Origin: an uncultured Phycisphaerales bacterium
GTDB lineage: Bacteria > Planctomycetota > Phycisphaerae > Phycisphaerales > SM1A02
Direction of reading: 5' to 3'
Length of the DNA stretch: 64,000 bases
NCBI GenBank assembly: GCA_938084645.1
Contig: CALKEP010000001.1
Span: 32,001 to 96,000 of the forward strand
The notes below the pieces were generated by a model. It saw nothing but the letters and a program-made list of their open reading frames with translations. It was not told the origin of the DNA and ran no database searches. Positions 45,911 to 60,333 of the stretch are shown here, in pieces; positions within the stretch are counted from its first letter, which is position 1; each line of letters opens with the position of its first letter. The position numbers were made by a program, and so were the translations under genes.

Positions 45911-47137
45911 ATGAGCGAGACCGCCACCTGGTCCTGGCAGGCCCGTGACGCGACGGGTCGACTGATTCGCGGGACGCAGACAGCGTCCGATGCGGCGGAG
46001 GTCGCCTCGCGCCTGCGATCGGAGGGGCGGGTGGTGCTCGCCATCGACCGGACCATCGGCACCGCGATCCGAGCCGAGGGAAGTGGATTCCTTCCGCGTC
46101 GGCGAGCCTCCGGCGCGGCGGTCGCGGCATTCGTGCGCCAGTTGTCCGTGATGCTCGACTCCGGCGTGCCGGTGGTCGAGGCGATCGACGTGGTCCGTGA
46201 CCAGACCTCGGATCGTCGTCTCGCGGACGATCTCGTGCAGGTCCGCGATGAAGTGGAGAACGGCGGGAATCTCAGTGACGCGCTCGCCCGGTCCTCGGAG
46301 ACCTTCCCACCCGTGGCGGTGGGGCTGGTCCGCGCCGCGGAAGCGGTGGGGGATCTTCCGGGGATGTTCGAACGCCTCGCCGACTGGCTGCAACGCGAAC
46401 AACGAATCAAGCGACAGGTTCGATCGGCCCTTGCGTATCCGGCGATTCTGGCCGTGGTGGGATCGGCGATCACGATCCTCCTGGTGGCGTTCGTGATGCC
46501 TCGGTTCGAGGCGATCTACGCGCAGCGTTCCGCGGAACTGCCGCCGTTGACCGAAGGCGTGCTCGCGACCGGCCGATTCGTGACCACTGGTTGGCGAGTC
46601 TGGGGGCCGGCGATCTTCGCGATCGTCGTGACGGGGATGTTCGCGCGACAGACGATGCTGGTGCGTCGGATCGTCGAGCGAATCCACTTCGACGCGCCGA
46701 TGCTTCGTGCCGTGATCCGACCCGCGGAGCTCGCACGCATGACCCGTACGCTCGCCGTCCTGCTGAAGGCCGGCGTTCCGCTGCTCGATGCGATCACCAT
46801 CTGCCGGGGCCTGAGTCCGTGGCGCCGTTGGGCTCGCTTCTGGGACGGCATCGAGGAGCGTGCTCGAAACGGCGACGGGATCTCGGAAGGATTCGACGTC
46901 GAGGAACTGGTTCCCGGAAGCGGCCGCGCGATGATCGCGGCCGGCGAGCGAGCCGGACGCCTGCCGGAAGTGCTCGAACGGGTCGCCGACGCGGCGGACG
47001 AGGATCTCGATGTCGCGGTGAAGCGGGTCTCCGTGACCCTCGAACCGCTTGCGATCATCGTGCTCGGCGGGGTGATCGGGGTGGTCGCGATCGCGCTTCT
47101 GCTGCCCGTTTTCAAGATGAGCACCATCGCGGGTTGA
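45911..47137 (+). CDS. pilC: GspF/PilC inner membrane platform protein
   Basis: RQLSVMLDSGVP, GGNLSDAL, SALAYP, AGERAGRL, LEPLAIIVLG, LLPVF. Confidence 0.93.
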   Translation: MSETATWSWQARDATGRLIRGTQTASDAAEVASRLRSEGRVVLAIDRTIGTAIRAEGSGFLPRRRASGAAVAAFVRQLSVMLDSGVPVVEAIDVVRDQTSDRRLADDLVQVRDEVENGGNLSDALARSSETFPPVAVGLVRAAEAVGDLPGMFERLADWLQREQRIKRQVRSALAYPAILAVVGSAITILLVAFVMPRFEAIYAQRSAELPPLTEGVLATGRFVTTGWRVWGPAIFAIVVTGMFARQTMLVRRIVERIHFDAPMLRAVIRPAELARMTRTLAVLLKAGVPLLDAITICRGLSPWRRWARFWDGIEERARNGDGISEGFDVEELVPGSGRAMIAAGERAGRLPEVLERVADAADEDLDVAVKRVSVTLEPLAIIVLGGVIGVVAIALLLPVFKMSTIAG

Positions 47138-47481
47138 GCCGTTCTAGGCCTCGAAACGCCGTCCAGGGGGTTCGAAGGGGTGGGAGATGTCCCCCTCGGG
47201 AGTCCGCGGGCGAAAGATCGCGGCGCGGAGCGACTTGTGTCGATGTTCCTCGTAGTCGCGATCATGGACGCAGCGATCGCGAGGAGCGCCCCGGTGACGG
47301 GTTGTCTCGGGTCGGCGAACCAGGGAAGGTCAGCCGACACCGTGAAGCCCATGACTTCGCCCGCATGGAAGCAGGCGGACTCGACCGGGAGCGGGAAGGC
47401 CGGATCACGGACGATCCGGCCATGGCGTTTCCGGAGAATTCCCGGAACGTCCGATGGCCCAGCGTCGTAGGGAACGATGTC

Positions 47482-47700
47482 ATGCCGAACAAGAAGAGCA
47501 ATGAAACCGATGGAGTGCGACGGCGTGCGGCACGGATGGCCGCATCGCTCGAGCCGCAGGACCATGCCGTGCTCGCCCTGCGTTTCGGGGAGAACCTGAG
47601 CATCGGCGAGACCGCCGCCGTACTGAGGATGAACCCCGACGAGGTACGGTCGACGGTCAACCGCGTGGTCGGAATGCTTCATCGACGCGTCGATTCCTGA
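47482..47700 (+). CDS. Stand-alone sigma-70 region 4-like HTH protein
   Basis: LEPQDHAVLALRFGENLSIGETAAVLRMNPDEVRS; the ORF track folds it into a longer shadow ORF. Confidence 0.65.
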   Translation: MPNKKSNETDGVRRRAARMAASLEPQDHAVLALRFGENLSIGETAAVLRMNPDEVRSTVNRVVGMLHRRVDS

Positions 47701-47795
47701 AGCGAGCGACACGTCCACTTGATCAACCCGTCGCCTCGGCCACGCACGTGAATCGCGTGGGGCCCGGGCAGCGTGACAACCCGTCCACCACACTG

Positions 47796-47827
47796 CGCCC
47801 CCGCGATCCTCCGGATCCGCGGGGGCG
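47796..47827. terminator. Hairpin between convergent genes
   Basis: CGCCCCCGCG-ATCCTCCGGATC-CGCGGGGGCG. Confidence 0.55.
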
Positions 47828-47860
47828 TTCCGAATCAGGATTCCTCACCACGATCCGGCT

Positions 47861-48892
47861 TCAGAAGAGTGACAACAGGATCCCGAGATCGATGCCGTTC
47901 GTCACGCCGTCCAGATTGAAGTCCGTCGCCGGGTCGGCGGTCCCCCACGAGGCGAGGAAGATTCCGAGATCGCCACCACCGACGATGCAGTCTCCGTCGA
48001 GGTCGCCGGGAATCGCGCATCCATCGGTGATCTCACCCACGATCCGAAGGGTGGCGGCGCTGCGAACGCCGACGATCACGAGCGGATTCTCCCGCATGTA
48101 GAGGTCCACGAAGTCGCCACCCTGCTGTTCGGCCTCGACGAGGGAGGACAGGGAGAAGAGCATCCGCCCGGCATCGAGGCCGGTCCCGAGCCAGTGAGCG
48201 ACGGCCGGATCCGACCCGTCGAACTCGAACCGGAGCACGGTGCCTTCCGCGAGTTCGACCCCCGGGGCCGATCCCTCGGCGATTCCAATCGCGAGCGGCG
48301 TCGCGGTGAATCCATCCACGACCGAGTTCGAGACGTCTCGGAGGCCGCCCCCCGGGAGGCATTCCGCGGCGAACGCGTTTCGCACGCCCTCGCCGAACGG
48401 GCCGACCGGACTGAATGCCGTGGTCTCCGTCCAGGAGGCCGCGGAGACGCGATTCCGGAACCCGGTCGCGAAGAGCTCGATCGGTCTGCCGGGATCGTCG
48501 TCCGCCAGATACTGGGGATGATCGGGAGGGAGGTGGGTCCGCCAGTCGTCGACACTCGGGTCGTATCCGCCCGAGAGGGGATCGGCGAGCGTGATCTCGA
48601 TCACGATCGAGTCGACCTGGTACCGGTCCGCACCGGCGCCGGCGGGCACGAGGGCCGTGGTGTCGAAGTCGAGGACGATCTGGCCGTCACGATCGTCGAA
48701 CTCGTACAGCGTCCCCGTGTATCCGAAGACGGAGGCGACCGGACGGGATCCGGGCGTCGCGTTGAAGCCGTAGTTCCAGCGATCGGAGGTCGGTTCCGGA
48801 AACACCGCGTCGAAGGACTCCGACCACGATGTACCGGCGACGAGCATGGTCAGGCAGGCACCGGCGAGGAGCGTGTCACGAACGGAAATCAT
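47861..48892 (-). CDS. Secreted protein with C-terminal dockerin-like domain
   Basis: Signal peptide; GDLDGDCIVGGGDLGIFLASW..DFNLDGVTNGIDLGILL. Confidence 0.82.
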   Translation of the reverse strand: MISVRDTLLAGACLTMLVAGTSWSESFDAVFPEPTSDRWNYGFNATPGSRPVASVFGYTGTLYEFDDRDGQIVLDFDTTALVPAGAGADRYQVDSIVIEITLADPLSGGYDPSVDDWRTHLPPDHPQYLADDDPGRPIELFATGFRNRVSAASWTETTAFSPVGPFGEGVRNAFAAECLPGGGLRDVSNSVVDGFTATPLAIGIAEGSAPGVELAEGTVLRFEFDGSDPAVAHWLGTGLDAGRMLFSLSSLVEAEQQGGDFVDLYMRENPLVIVGVRSAATLRIVGEITDGCAIPGDLDGDCIVGGGDLGIFLASWGTADPATDFNLDGVTNGIDLGILLSLF

Positions 48893-49229
48893 GTCGTTTC
48901 TCGGTTCATTCGATTCATCGGGAGAAGGAGCCACGGATCCGGTTCGATCCTCGTGGAATGGCGTCCGGCGATCAAGCGGAAGCATGGAAAGAAGCGTCCG
49001 TTCGCCTACGAGAGGGTTCGATCCCGGTTCGTGACGGGTGCGGAAATCCGCGAAATCCAACGAACGCGGATGGTCGACTCAGCGATCGATGAGGACGATC
49101 TGGAACGGTCCTCGGGGGGGCGTCTCTTCCGATCGAATTCCGCCTCACGATCGCTGGATCGACTAGAATTCCACGAAATCGGGGTCCGAGTTGCACCCCG
49201 CGGATCCCGGCCACGGACCATCTCTTTCC

Positions 49230-50129
49230 ATGACGCGTGTCCAATTCCATCGTGGTTCCCGGCTCGCGGGCGTTCGGCCCCCGGTCGACGCCGCGCGGCG
49301 AGGGTTCACGATCGTCGAGCTCCTCACCTCGCTTCTGGCGATCGTGGTGCTCGTCGGCCTGGTCATTCACGCGGCGACTTCCGTGCGTCGCGGCGCCGAT
49401 CGAGGCAGCGAGATGGCGGCGGCTCGGTCGCTCGGGATCGCCTGGTCGAGCTATGCGATGGACCATCGAGGCGCGATCCTCCCCGGATACGCGTCGGGCT
49501 TCCGTGCTCGTGATGCCGCCGGTGAGTTCATCGACACGAGCACCGCCGAAGTCGCGGCCCAGCGATGGCCGTTGCGGCTCGCGCCGTATCTCGGTCATGA
49601 CTTCGCGGCCCTCTACAGCGGCCCCGCCCGGAACGATCTGTCGGAGCTCACCTCGGGCCCGACCGCGGATCTGCTCTACCGGGTCAGCGTTCGTCCGTCC
49701 TTCGGGTTGAACAGTGTCTTCGTCGGCGGCGATCAGAACTACGGTGGTTTCAGCGACATCATGCGGCAGACCTTCGGCGACTTCTACGCACGTGGTCTTT
49801 CGTCGGTCCGGCGTCCGGATCGACTCGTGGTCTTCTCGACGAGTCATGCCGAGGATCCGGCCCTGTTCTCAGGTGTGCAGGAGGGGTTCTTCCGCGTCCT
49901 CCCGCCCACCTGGACGTCACCGATCTGGTCGGATGACTACGACCCGGACGATCCCGCGGCCCATGGCTTCGTGAGTCCCCGACATCAGGTCCGAGACGAG
50001 GACGTCGCGATCACCACGACGGTCGACGGTGCGGTGGCGACTCGAACGATCGACGAACTCCGGGATCTCCGGCGCTGGTCGAACCTCGCCGATTCCGCGG
50101 ACTGGACGATGCAGCCGATCGGTCCTTGA
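49230..50129 (+). CDS. Prepilin-type N-terminal protein (planctomycete pilin-like)
   Basis: RRG|FTIVELL..; LGIAWSSYAMDH; SFGLN; PRH...TVDGAV. Confidence 0.8.
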   Translation: MTRVQFHRGSRLAGVRPPVDAARRGFTIVELLTSLLAIVVLVGLVIHAATSVRRGADRGSEMAAARSLGIAWSSYAMDHRGAILPGYASGFRARDAAGEFIDTSTAEVAAQRWPLRLAPYLGHDFAALYSGPARNDLSELTSGPTADLLYRVSVRPSFGLNSVFVGGDQNYGGFSDIMRQTFGDFYARGLSSVRRPDRLVVFSTSHAEDPALFSGVQEGFFRVLPPTWTSPIWSDDYDPDDPAAHGFVSPRHQVRDEDVAITTTVDGAVATRTIDELRDLRRWSNLADSADWTMQPIGP

Positions 50130-50231
50130 GGTCGTTCCGACCCGGTCGACGCGCTTCGGAGAATCTGCGAGAGTGAGGAACGAAGGCCCGGACTCCGGGC
50201 CGATGCTTCGGTACGACTCTCGGAGATCTCC

Positions 50232-50696
50232 ATGCGACTCTTGCTCCTGGCGGCGGTGTTTGCGGTCGGATTCCTGCAGCCGATCCAGGCGGGGTTGAAC
50301 GCCACGACCGCCAAGGCGGTCGGAAGCCGATTCCAGGCGGGATGGGTGAATGGAACCGTCAACGTCATCATTCTCACGACGATTCTCGTCGTGTTGAGTC
50401 TCCGGACCGGGGCCGGTTTCCCGGGGATCGCCGCCCTCCGCACCGTTCCCTGGTGGGCCTACCTCGGCGGCGTGATCGGCGCGACGATCGTCGTCACCCA
50501 CCTCACCGCCGCGCCGCAGCTGGGTGCGGGGCTGCTGGTCGCCATCTTCGTCGGTGGCATGGTCGTGGGAAGTCTGGCGTGCGACTTCTGGGGCTTTCCG
50601 GGGTACTCCGCGATCCGGATCGAGGGCGTCCGACTCCTCGGACTCGGACTGGTGGCGGTCGGCGTTCTGCTGGTCACCCGGCCCTGGGCGACCTGA
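50232..50696 (+). CDS. DMT family transporter (YdcZ/DUF606-like)
   Basis: QPIQAGLNA, VPWWAYLGGVIGA, APQLGA, DFWG. Confidence 0.85.
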   Translation: MRLLLLAAVFAVGFLQPIQAGLNATTAKAVGSRFQAGWVNGTVNVIILTTILVVLSLRTGAGFPGIAALRTVPWWAYLGGVIGATIVVTHLTAAPQLGAGLLVAIFVGGMVVGSLACDFWGFPGYSAIRIEGVRLLGLGLVAVGVLLVTRPWAT

Positions 50697-50710
50697 CTCC
50701 CCGCGACGGG

Positions 50711-52693
<1,983 letters not shown>

Positions 52694-52953
52694 GAGGGTG
52701 ATCTCCGTGAATGCGAAGCGTGAGAGCGTGGCGAGGATACGCATCGTTCCCGAGCCCGGGGAATCCGTCCCGCCTGATGCTAACGTCACGGGCGGCGCTG
52801 CCAAGTGCCTTCACGAACTCGAGCCAGATCGTCTCCAGCGACGCCCTCGAACCGCTCGATGTCGATCGGGTCATCGTCGAGGTCCGGCGGCTCCCGCAGA
52901 TCTCCGGCGGGAAATCGCGTCGTGCCGACCATCTCGACTCCTGAGCCACCCGG

Positions 52954-55770
<2,817 letters not shown>

Positions 55771-55947
55771 GGGGGCTTCCGGAGGCGGTGGGAATGGACG
55801 GAGGTGGCACAGTATGCCTTGTCGGCCTCCGGACTTCACGCCACGGCGGGTCCTTCGGAACCGGACCTGCTACCTTTCGCTCCCCGGAACCGCACGGCGT
55901 ATGGACGTCGTCGCCCCACCGGACTTGTTCACGCAAGAGGAAGCACG

Positions 55948-56718
55948 ATGTCGAATCGACGCGGCTATGTCGGTGGAAACTGGAAGATGCACGGGGAACT
56001 CGCCGGCGCGGTCGAGTTGACCGAGGATGTGGCGGCGGCGATCGGGGAGACCGCGAAAACGGTCGACGTGACCCTGTTTCCTCCCTTTCCGTACCTGCAG
56101 GCCGTCGGGCATGCCCTCCGGCAGGCGGGAATCAGCCTGGGTGGCCAGGATTGCTCGCCGCACCTGGAAGGGGCTCATACCGGTCAGACCAGCCCCGCGA
56201 TGATCGCCGACCTGGGCGGATCCGCAGCCCTGATCGGGCACTCCGAGCGTCGAAACGAGCTTGGGGAGCCGGATGCCCTGATCGCGGCCAAGACCCGAGC
56301 GGCCCTCGCCGCGGAGCTCCAGCCCGTGATCTGCGTGGGGGAGACGATGGGGGAGCGTGAGGCCGGAAACGCCCTTCAAGTGGTCGAGAGGCAGGTTCGA
56401 GCGGCTTTGGAGGGGCTCTCGGGGGCTCAGGTAGGGGCCGCCGTCCTCGCGTACGAGCCCGTCTGGGCCATCGGGACCGGGATCACCGCGACGCCCGATG
56501 ACGCCCAGTCCGCCCACTCGATGATCCGATCCCTGCTCGGGGAACTGTATGATGCTGAACTCGCCGATTCGGTCCGAATCATCTACGGCGGTTCAGTGAA
56601 GGCCGCGAACGCCGCGGAGCTCTTCTCGGCCCCCGACGTGGATGGAGGCCTGATCGGTGGAGCGAGCCTGAAGGTGGACGAGTTCGCCTCGATCTGCCGG
56701 GCCGCCGTCTCGGCCTGA
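55948..56718 (+). CDS. tpiA: Triosephosphate isomerase
   Basis: GNWKM, GHSERR, AYEPVWAIGTG, YGGSVK, GGLIGGASL. Confidence 0.98.
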   Translation: MSNRRGYVGGNWKMHGELAGAVELTEDVAAAIGETAKTVDVTLFPPFPYLQAVGHALRQAGISLGGQDCSPHLEGAHTGQTSPAMIADLGGSAALIGHSERRNELGEPDALIAAKTRAALAAELQPVICVGETMGEREAGNALQVVERQVRAALEGLSGAQVGAAVLAYEPVWAIGTGITATPDDAQSAHSMIRSLLGELYDAELADSVRIIYGGSVKAANAAELFSAPDVDGGLIGGASLKVDEFASICRAAVSA

Positions 56719-56790
56719 GTCGCAACGCCGCGGCTCGATTCGCACCTCGACGCCATGCATTCGCGTGACGTCCCGTTCTGGAACCTGACC

Positions 56791-57222
56791 GTGTCCACTT
56801 GGATCGTCGTCCTCACCCTGCTCTTCATCGTCGTCTCGGCGGCGCTGGTTCTCATCATCCTGGTCCAGAGGCCGCAGGGCGGCGGGCTCGCCGGCGCCTT
56901 CGGGGGCGCGGGCGGCGGCGGCGCCGACACCGCCTTCGGTGGTCGGACCGGTGACGCGCTCACCGTGGCGACCGTGGCCGGATTCGTCATCTACATCGTG
57001 CTCGCGGTCGCCTTGAACATCATGGACAACCCGGCCGTGGCCACGCCGTCCGAGCCCACGCCTCCGGCGTCCACCGGAACGACGACGCCCGCGACCGTAC
57101 CTGCGACCCCCGTCCCGGCGACGAACGCCGCGCCCGCCACCACCACGCCGGCCGCACCCGTCACCACTTCCGACACCGATCCGGCCTCCGCCGCGCCGAC
57201 CGAAGTCCCCGCCGGGGGCTGA
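56791..57222 (+). CDS. secG: Preprotein translocase subunit SecG with Pro/Thr/Ala-rich tail
   Basis: IILVQRPQGGGLAGAFGG..AFGGRTGDALT; follows tpiA; start GTG 56791 or ATG 56755. Confidence 0.9.
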   Translation: MSTWIVVLTLLFIVVSAALVLIILVQRPQGGGLAGAFGGAGGGGADTAFGGRTGDALTVATVAGFVIYIVLAVALNIMDNPAVATPSEPTPPASTGTTTPATVPATPVPATNAAPATTTPAAPVTTSDTDPASAAPTEVPAGG

Positions 57223-57263
57223 GTCCGCGCGACGAGCCGGGATCAACCCACGAGAGCCGTGAC

Positions 57264-58154
57264 ATGATTCGATCGATGACCGGTTTCGGGGCCTCCCACC
57301 GAGAAGTCGACGGTTCGCGATTCTCCGTCGAGATCCGCTCGGTCAACAACAAGTTCCTCAAGACCACCGTTCGGCTTCCGGACGAGCTCTCCTCGCTGGA
57401 GACCGAGCTCGAGACGCGAATCGGGCGTCGACTCAACCGTGGCAGCGTGATCGTCACGATCCGCTGGGTCGAGGGAGGGGCCGCGATCGCGGCGCGGATC
57501 GACACCGCCGCGGCGCGGGCGTCGATCGAACAGCTGGTGAACGGCATGCCGGAGTCGATCCGGGATCGATGCACGATCGATCTGGCGACGATGCTCATGG
57601 TGCCCGGAATCGTCGGTGGCGACGATTCGGAGGCGGTGGTCGGGGTCGCGAAGCCGGTCCTGATCGAACTGCTCGATGAAGCGTGCGATCGCCTGATCGA
57701 GATGCGGGAACGCGAGGGTGCGGGACTGCTCGAAGAGCTCAACGCCTTCGGCACGCGGATGCGGGAACGTCTCGAGACGGTCTCCGAACGTGCCCCGCGG
57801 GTCGTCGAGCTCTATCGGGATCGATTGCATCAGCGGGTCGAATCCCTGCTGGCGGAGGTCGGCGCGACCCTCGACGAGAGCGACCTCGTCCGCGAGGTCG
57901 CGATCTTCGCCGAACGCAGCGACATCGCCGAGGAGATCACCCGGCTCGACGGACATCTCGGTCAGTTCTTCGATCTCATCGGCGGCCAGGACGGCGAGCC
58001 GGTCGGCCGCACGCTGGATTTCCTCACCCAGGAGATGCTTCGGGAGGCGAACACCATCGCCAGCAAGTCCGCGGATTCGGAGATCACGCGATCCGTCGTG
58101 GAGGTCAAGGGCCTGATCGATCGGATCAAGGAACAGGCGGCGAACGTCGAGTGA
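57264..58154 (+). CDS. yicC: YicC/YloC family endoribonuclease
   Basis: MIRSMTGFG, EIRSVN, DIAEEITRL, GRTLDFLTQEMLREANTIASK, KEQAANVE. Confidence 0.95.
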   Translation: MIRSMTGFGASHREVDGSRFSVEIRSVNNKFLKTTVRLPDELSSLETELETRIGRRLNRGSVIVTIRWVEGGAAIAARIDTAAARASIEQLVNGMPESIRDRCTIDLATMLMVPGIVGGDDSEAVVGVAKPVLIELLDEACDRLIEMREREGAGLLEELNAFGTRMRERLETVSERAPRVVELYRDRLHQRVESLLAEVGATLDESDLVREVAIFAERSDIAEEITRLDGHLGQFFDLIGGQDGEPVGRTLDFLTQEMLREANTIASKSADSEITRSVVEVKGLIDRIKEQAANVE

Positions 58155-59299
58155 GTGCGCCGCCCCGCTTCAGCGACGGCGATGGTGGTGAGACGCTGGC
58201 CGACGGAACCGCGGTCGGACTCCCCGGATCGCACGGTGAACGAAGCCGGTTCGACCCGGGGGAGTTGCGTCGGGTGCTCGACGCGTTCCCGCTCGAAGGC
58301 ATTCGCGAGATCCGCGAGTTTCCGGCCGGTTCACGGCAGGCACCGAAGGTCCGGATCGTCGCCGACGAAGGCGAGTTCCTCCTGAAGCGAAGGACGGTTC
58401 GGCCCGATCTCGTCGAACGGGCGACCTTCAACCACCGACTGCAACTGCACCTCGAGCGACGCGGCGTCCCGGTGGCGACGCTGGTCGGCACGCGGGAGGA
58501 CAACGCGTCGATCCTGCTCGAGCACGGGCAGGTCTACGAGATGTTCCACTGGGTCGACGGCCGGCGGATGGTGAAGGTGGAGTCCGAAGCCCTCAATGCG
58601 GGTCGGATCCTCGGCCGGCTGCATCTGGAAGCCTGCGATCTCGCGTGGTCCGAGCCACCACCGATGCCCGGATTCCATGCCGCCGATCAGGTCCAGACCG
58701 CCTTCGACCGGGTGATCGACGCGGTGATCGGGGCGGACGCGGATGTGGACCGCGTCGAACTCCGGGATGTGGTCGGACGCCTCGAGGCGATCCGGGGTCG
58801 GTCCATGGAGCAGGTGGAGACGGGGGGCTGGTCGGAACTTCCGCGTCAACCGATTCACGGTGACTGGCATCCGGGAAACGTGCTCTTCACGCCGGAGAAG
58901 CCGACTCGGTCCAGGCCGGGGACCGTCCGTGCGATCGTCGATTTCGACGCTTCGAGGGTCGAACCTCGGCTGGTGGACCTCGCGAACGGCCTGCTGCACT
59001 TCGCGATGCGAAGCGACCGAAGCACTTCCCCGGCGGACTGGCCTGCGTCGCTCTCGCCCCGTCGGATGGTCGCATTCACGCGCGGTTGGCGTTCGGTCGT
59101 CGGGGACGTGACCGAGGCGGAAGCGGTGATTCTTCCTTCGCTGATGCTGGAGTGCCTGGTCGCGGAGAGCGTCGTTCCAGTGGCGAAGACGGGCCGATTC
59201 GCGGTCGTTCCCGGTCTTCCATTCCTCGGCATGGTGGCTCGAAAGGCTGCGTGGATCGAGGCGGCCGAGGCTCCGATCCGAGAACTCCTCGTTCCCTGA
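58151..59299 (+). CDS. APH/type II homoserine kinase-like phosphotransferase
   Basis: GTGA overlap with yicC; FLLKR, IHGDWHPGNVLF, IVDFD. Confidence 0.85.
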   Translation: MSAPPRFSDGDGGETLADGTAVGLPGSHGERSRFDPGELRRVLDAFPLEGIREIREFPAGSRQAPKVRIVADEGEFLLKRRTVRPDLVERATFNHRLQLHLERRGVPVATLVGTREDNASILLEHGQVYEMFHWVDGRRMVKVESEALNAGRILGRLHLEACDLAWSEPPPMPGFHAADQVQTAFDRVIDAVIGADADVDRVELRDVVGRLEAIRGRSMEQVETGGWSELPRQPIHGDWHPGNVLFTPEKPTRSRPGTVRAIVDFDASRVEPRLVDLANGLLHFAMRSDRSTSPADWPASLSPRRMVAFTRGWRSVVGDVTEAEAVILPSLMLECLVAESVVPVAKTGRFAVVPGLPFLGMVARKAAWIEAAEAPIRELLVP

Positions 59300-59376
59300 C
59301 ACGGGGATTCGTCATCGAGCCCGGCCTCGATCGAGTCGATTGGCTCGAACCGGGGGCGGGGGCTATCGTGCGATGC

Positions 59377-60285
59377 ATGGTTTCCTTCGTCCGAGTCTTC
59401 GCGCTGCCGCTTCTCGTGACCATGGGGTCGTTCACGACGACGCCTCGCATGGCCGTGGCGCAGGACGCCAAGCCGGTGCCGGATCCCCGGCAGGTGGAGG
59501 GCATCACGGCTCGCATGCTGGGCGATCGGGAGCGGGCGCTTCTGGCGCTTGGCGAGGATCCCGACGCGCTTCGAGTCTTCGCGGTCCCCACGTCGGTTCG
59601 CGACGTGGTCACGCGGCTGGGGGGCGACACCTTCGCTGATCGGGAGCGGGCATCCGCCGAGCTCCGGGAGATGGCGATCACGAACGACGTGCTGATGGCG
59701 GTGCTCGAACAGGGCGGCCTCGATGAGGAGCAGCGAAACCGGCTGCTCCGAGCGCTCCGCTGGCGAATTCTCTATCGACCGCGCGGCGCGGTGGGCATCC
59801 GCATGGAGCCTTCAGGCACCGCGATCTCGGTCCGGGGCGTCCTGGTCACCGAAGTCATCTCCGGGCTTCCGGCCGAGCGGGTGCTTCGGGTCGGTGACGT
59901 GATCCTCGAGATCGACGGGCAGCGGATCACCACCAGTGCGGACCTGATCGGCCGGGTGCAGCGGTTGCAGCCCGGCGATCCGATTCGAATGGGCGTGATC
60001 CGGCCGGCACCGGCGGACACCCCCGACGGGCCGGGGATTCTCCGATTCGAGGGCGATCGCGTCTTCGAAGAGGTCGACGTGGAGTTTCCACTCGGGTCCT
60101 ACGACAAGCTCGGCAACGATGAATCGGCGTCCGCGATCGGAAACCCCGAGACGATGCGACGGCGGGGCCGGGTGGAAGCGATCTGGGCCAGATGGGGCTC
60201 GAGTCCTCGGTCGGTCGGAATTCCGAAGGCCTTGGACGCCGACGCGAGCCCCGATTCCTCGTCGAAGCTTCCGTCGGCACCATGA
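59377..60285 (+). CDS. Exported PDZ domain-containing protein
   Basis: Signal-like N-terminus; AVGIRM..GVLVTEVISGLPAERVLRVGDVILEIDG. Confidence 0.8.
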   Translation: MVSFVRVFALPLLVTMGSFTTTPRMAVAQDAKPVPDPRQVEGITARMLGDRERALLALGEDPDALRVFAVPTSVRDVVTRLGGDTFADRERASAELREMAITNDVLMAVLEQGGLDEEQRNRLLRALRWRILYRPRGAVGIRMEPSGTAISVRGVLVTEVISGLPAERVLRVGDVILEIDGQRITTSADLIGRVQRLQPGDPIRMGVIRPAPADTPDGPGILRFEGDRVFEEVDVEFPLGSYDKLGNDESASAIGNPETMRRRGRVEAIWARWGSSPRSVGIPKALDADASPDSSSKLPSAP

Positions 60286-60333
60286 ATGCATGAATGCGTG
60301 GAATTCATCGAAGCCACGCCGGACGGCGTCGCC

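Noticed and set aside
57222..57264. tRNA-Leu often found after secG
   Set aside because: The gap is only ~40 nt with no tRNA structure
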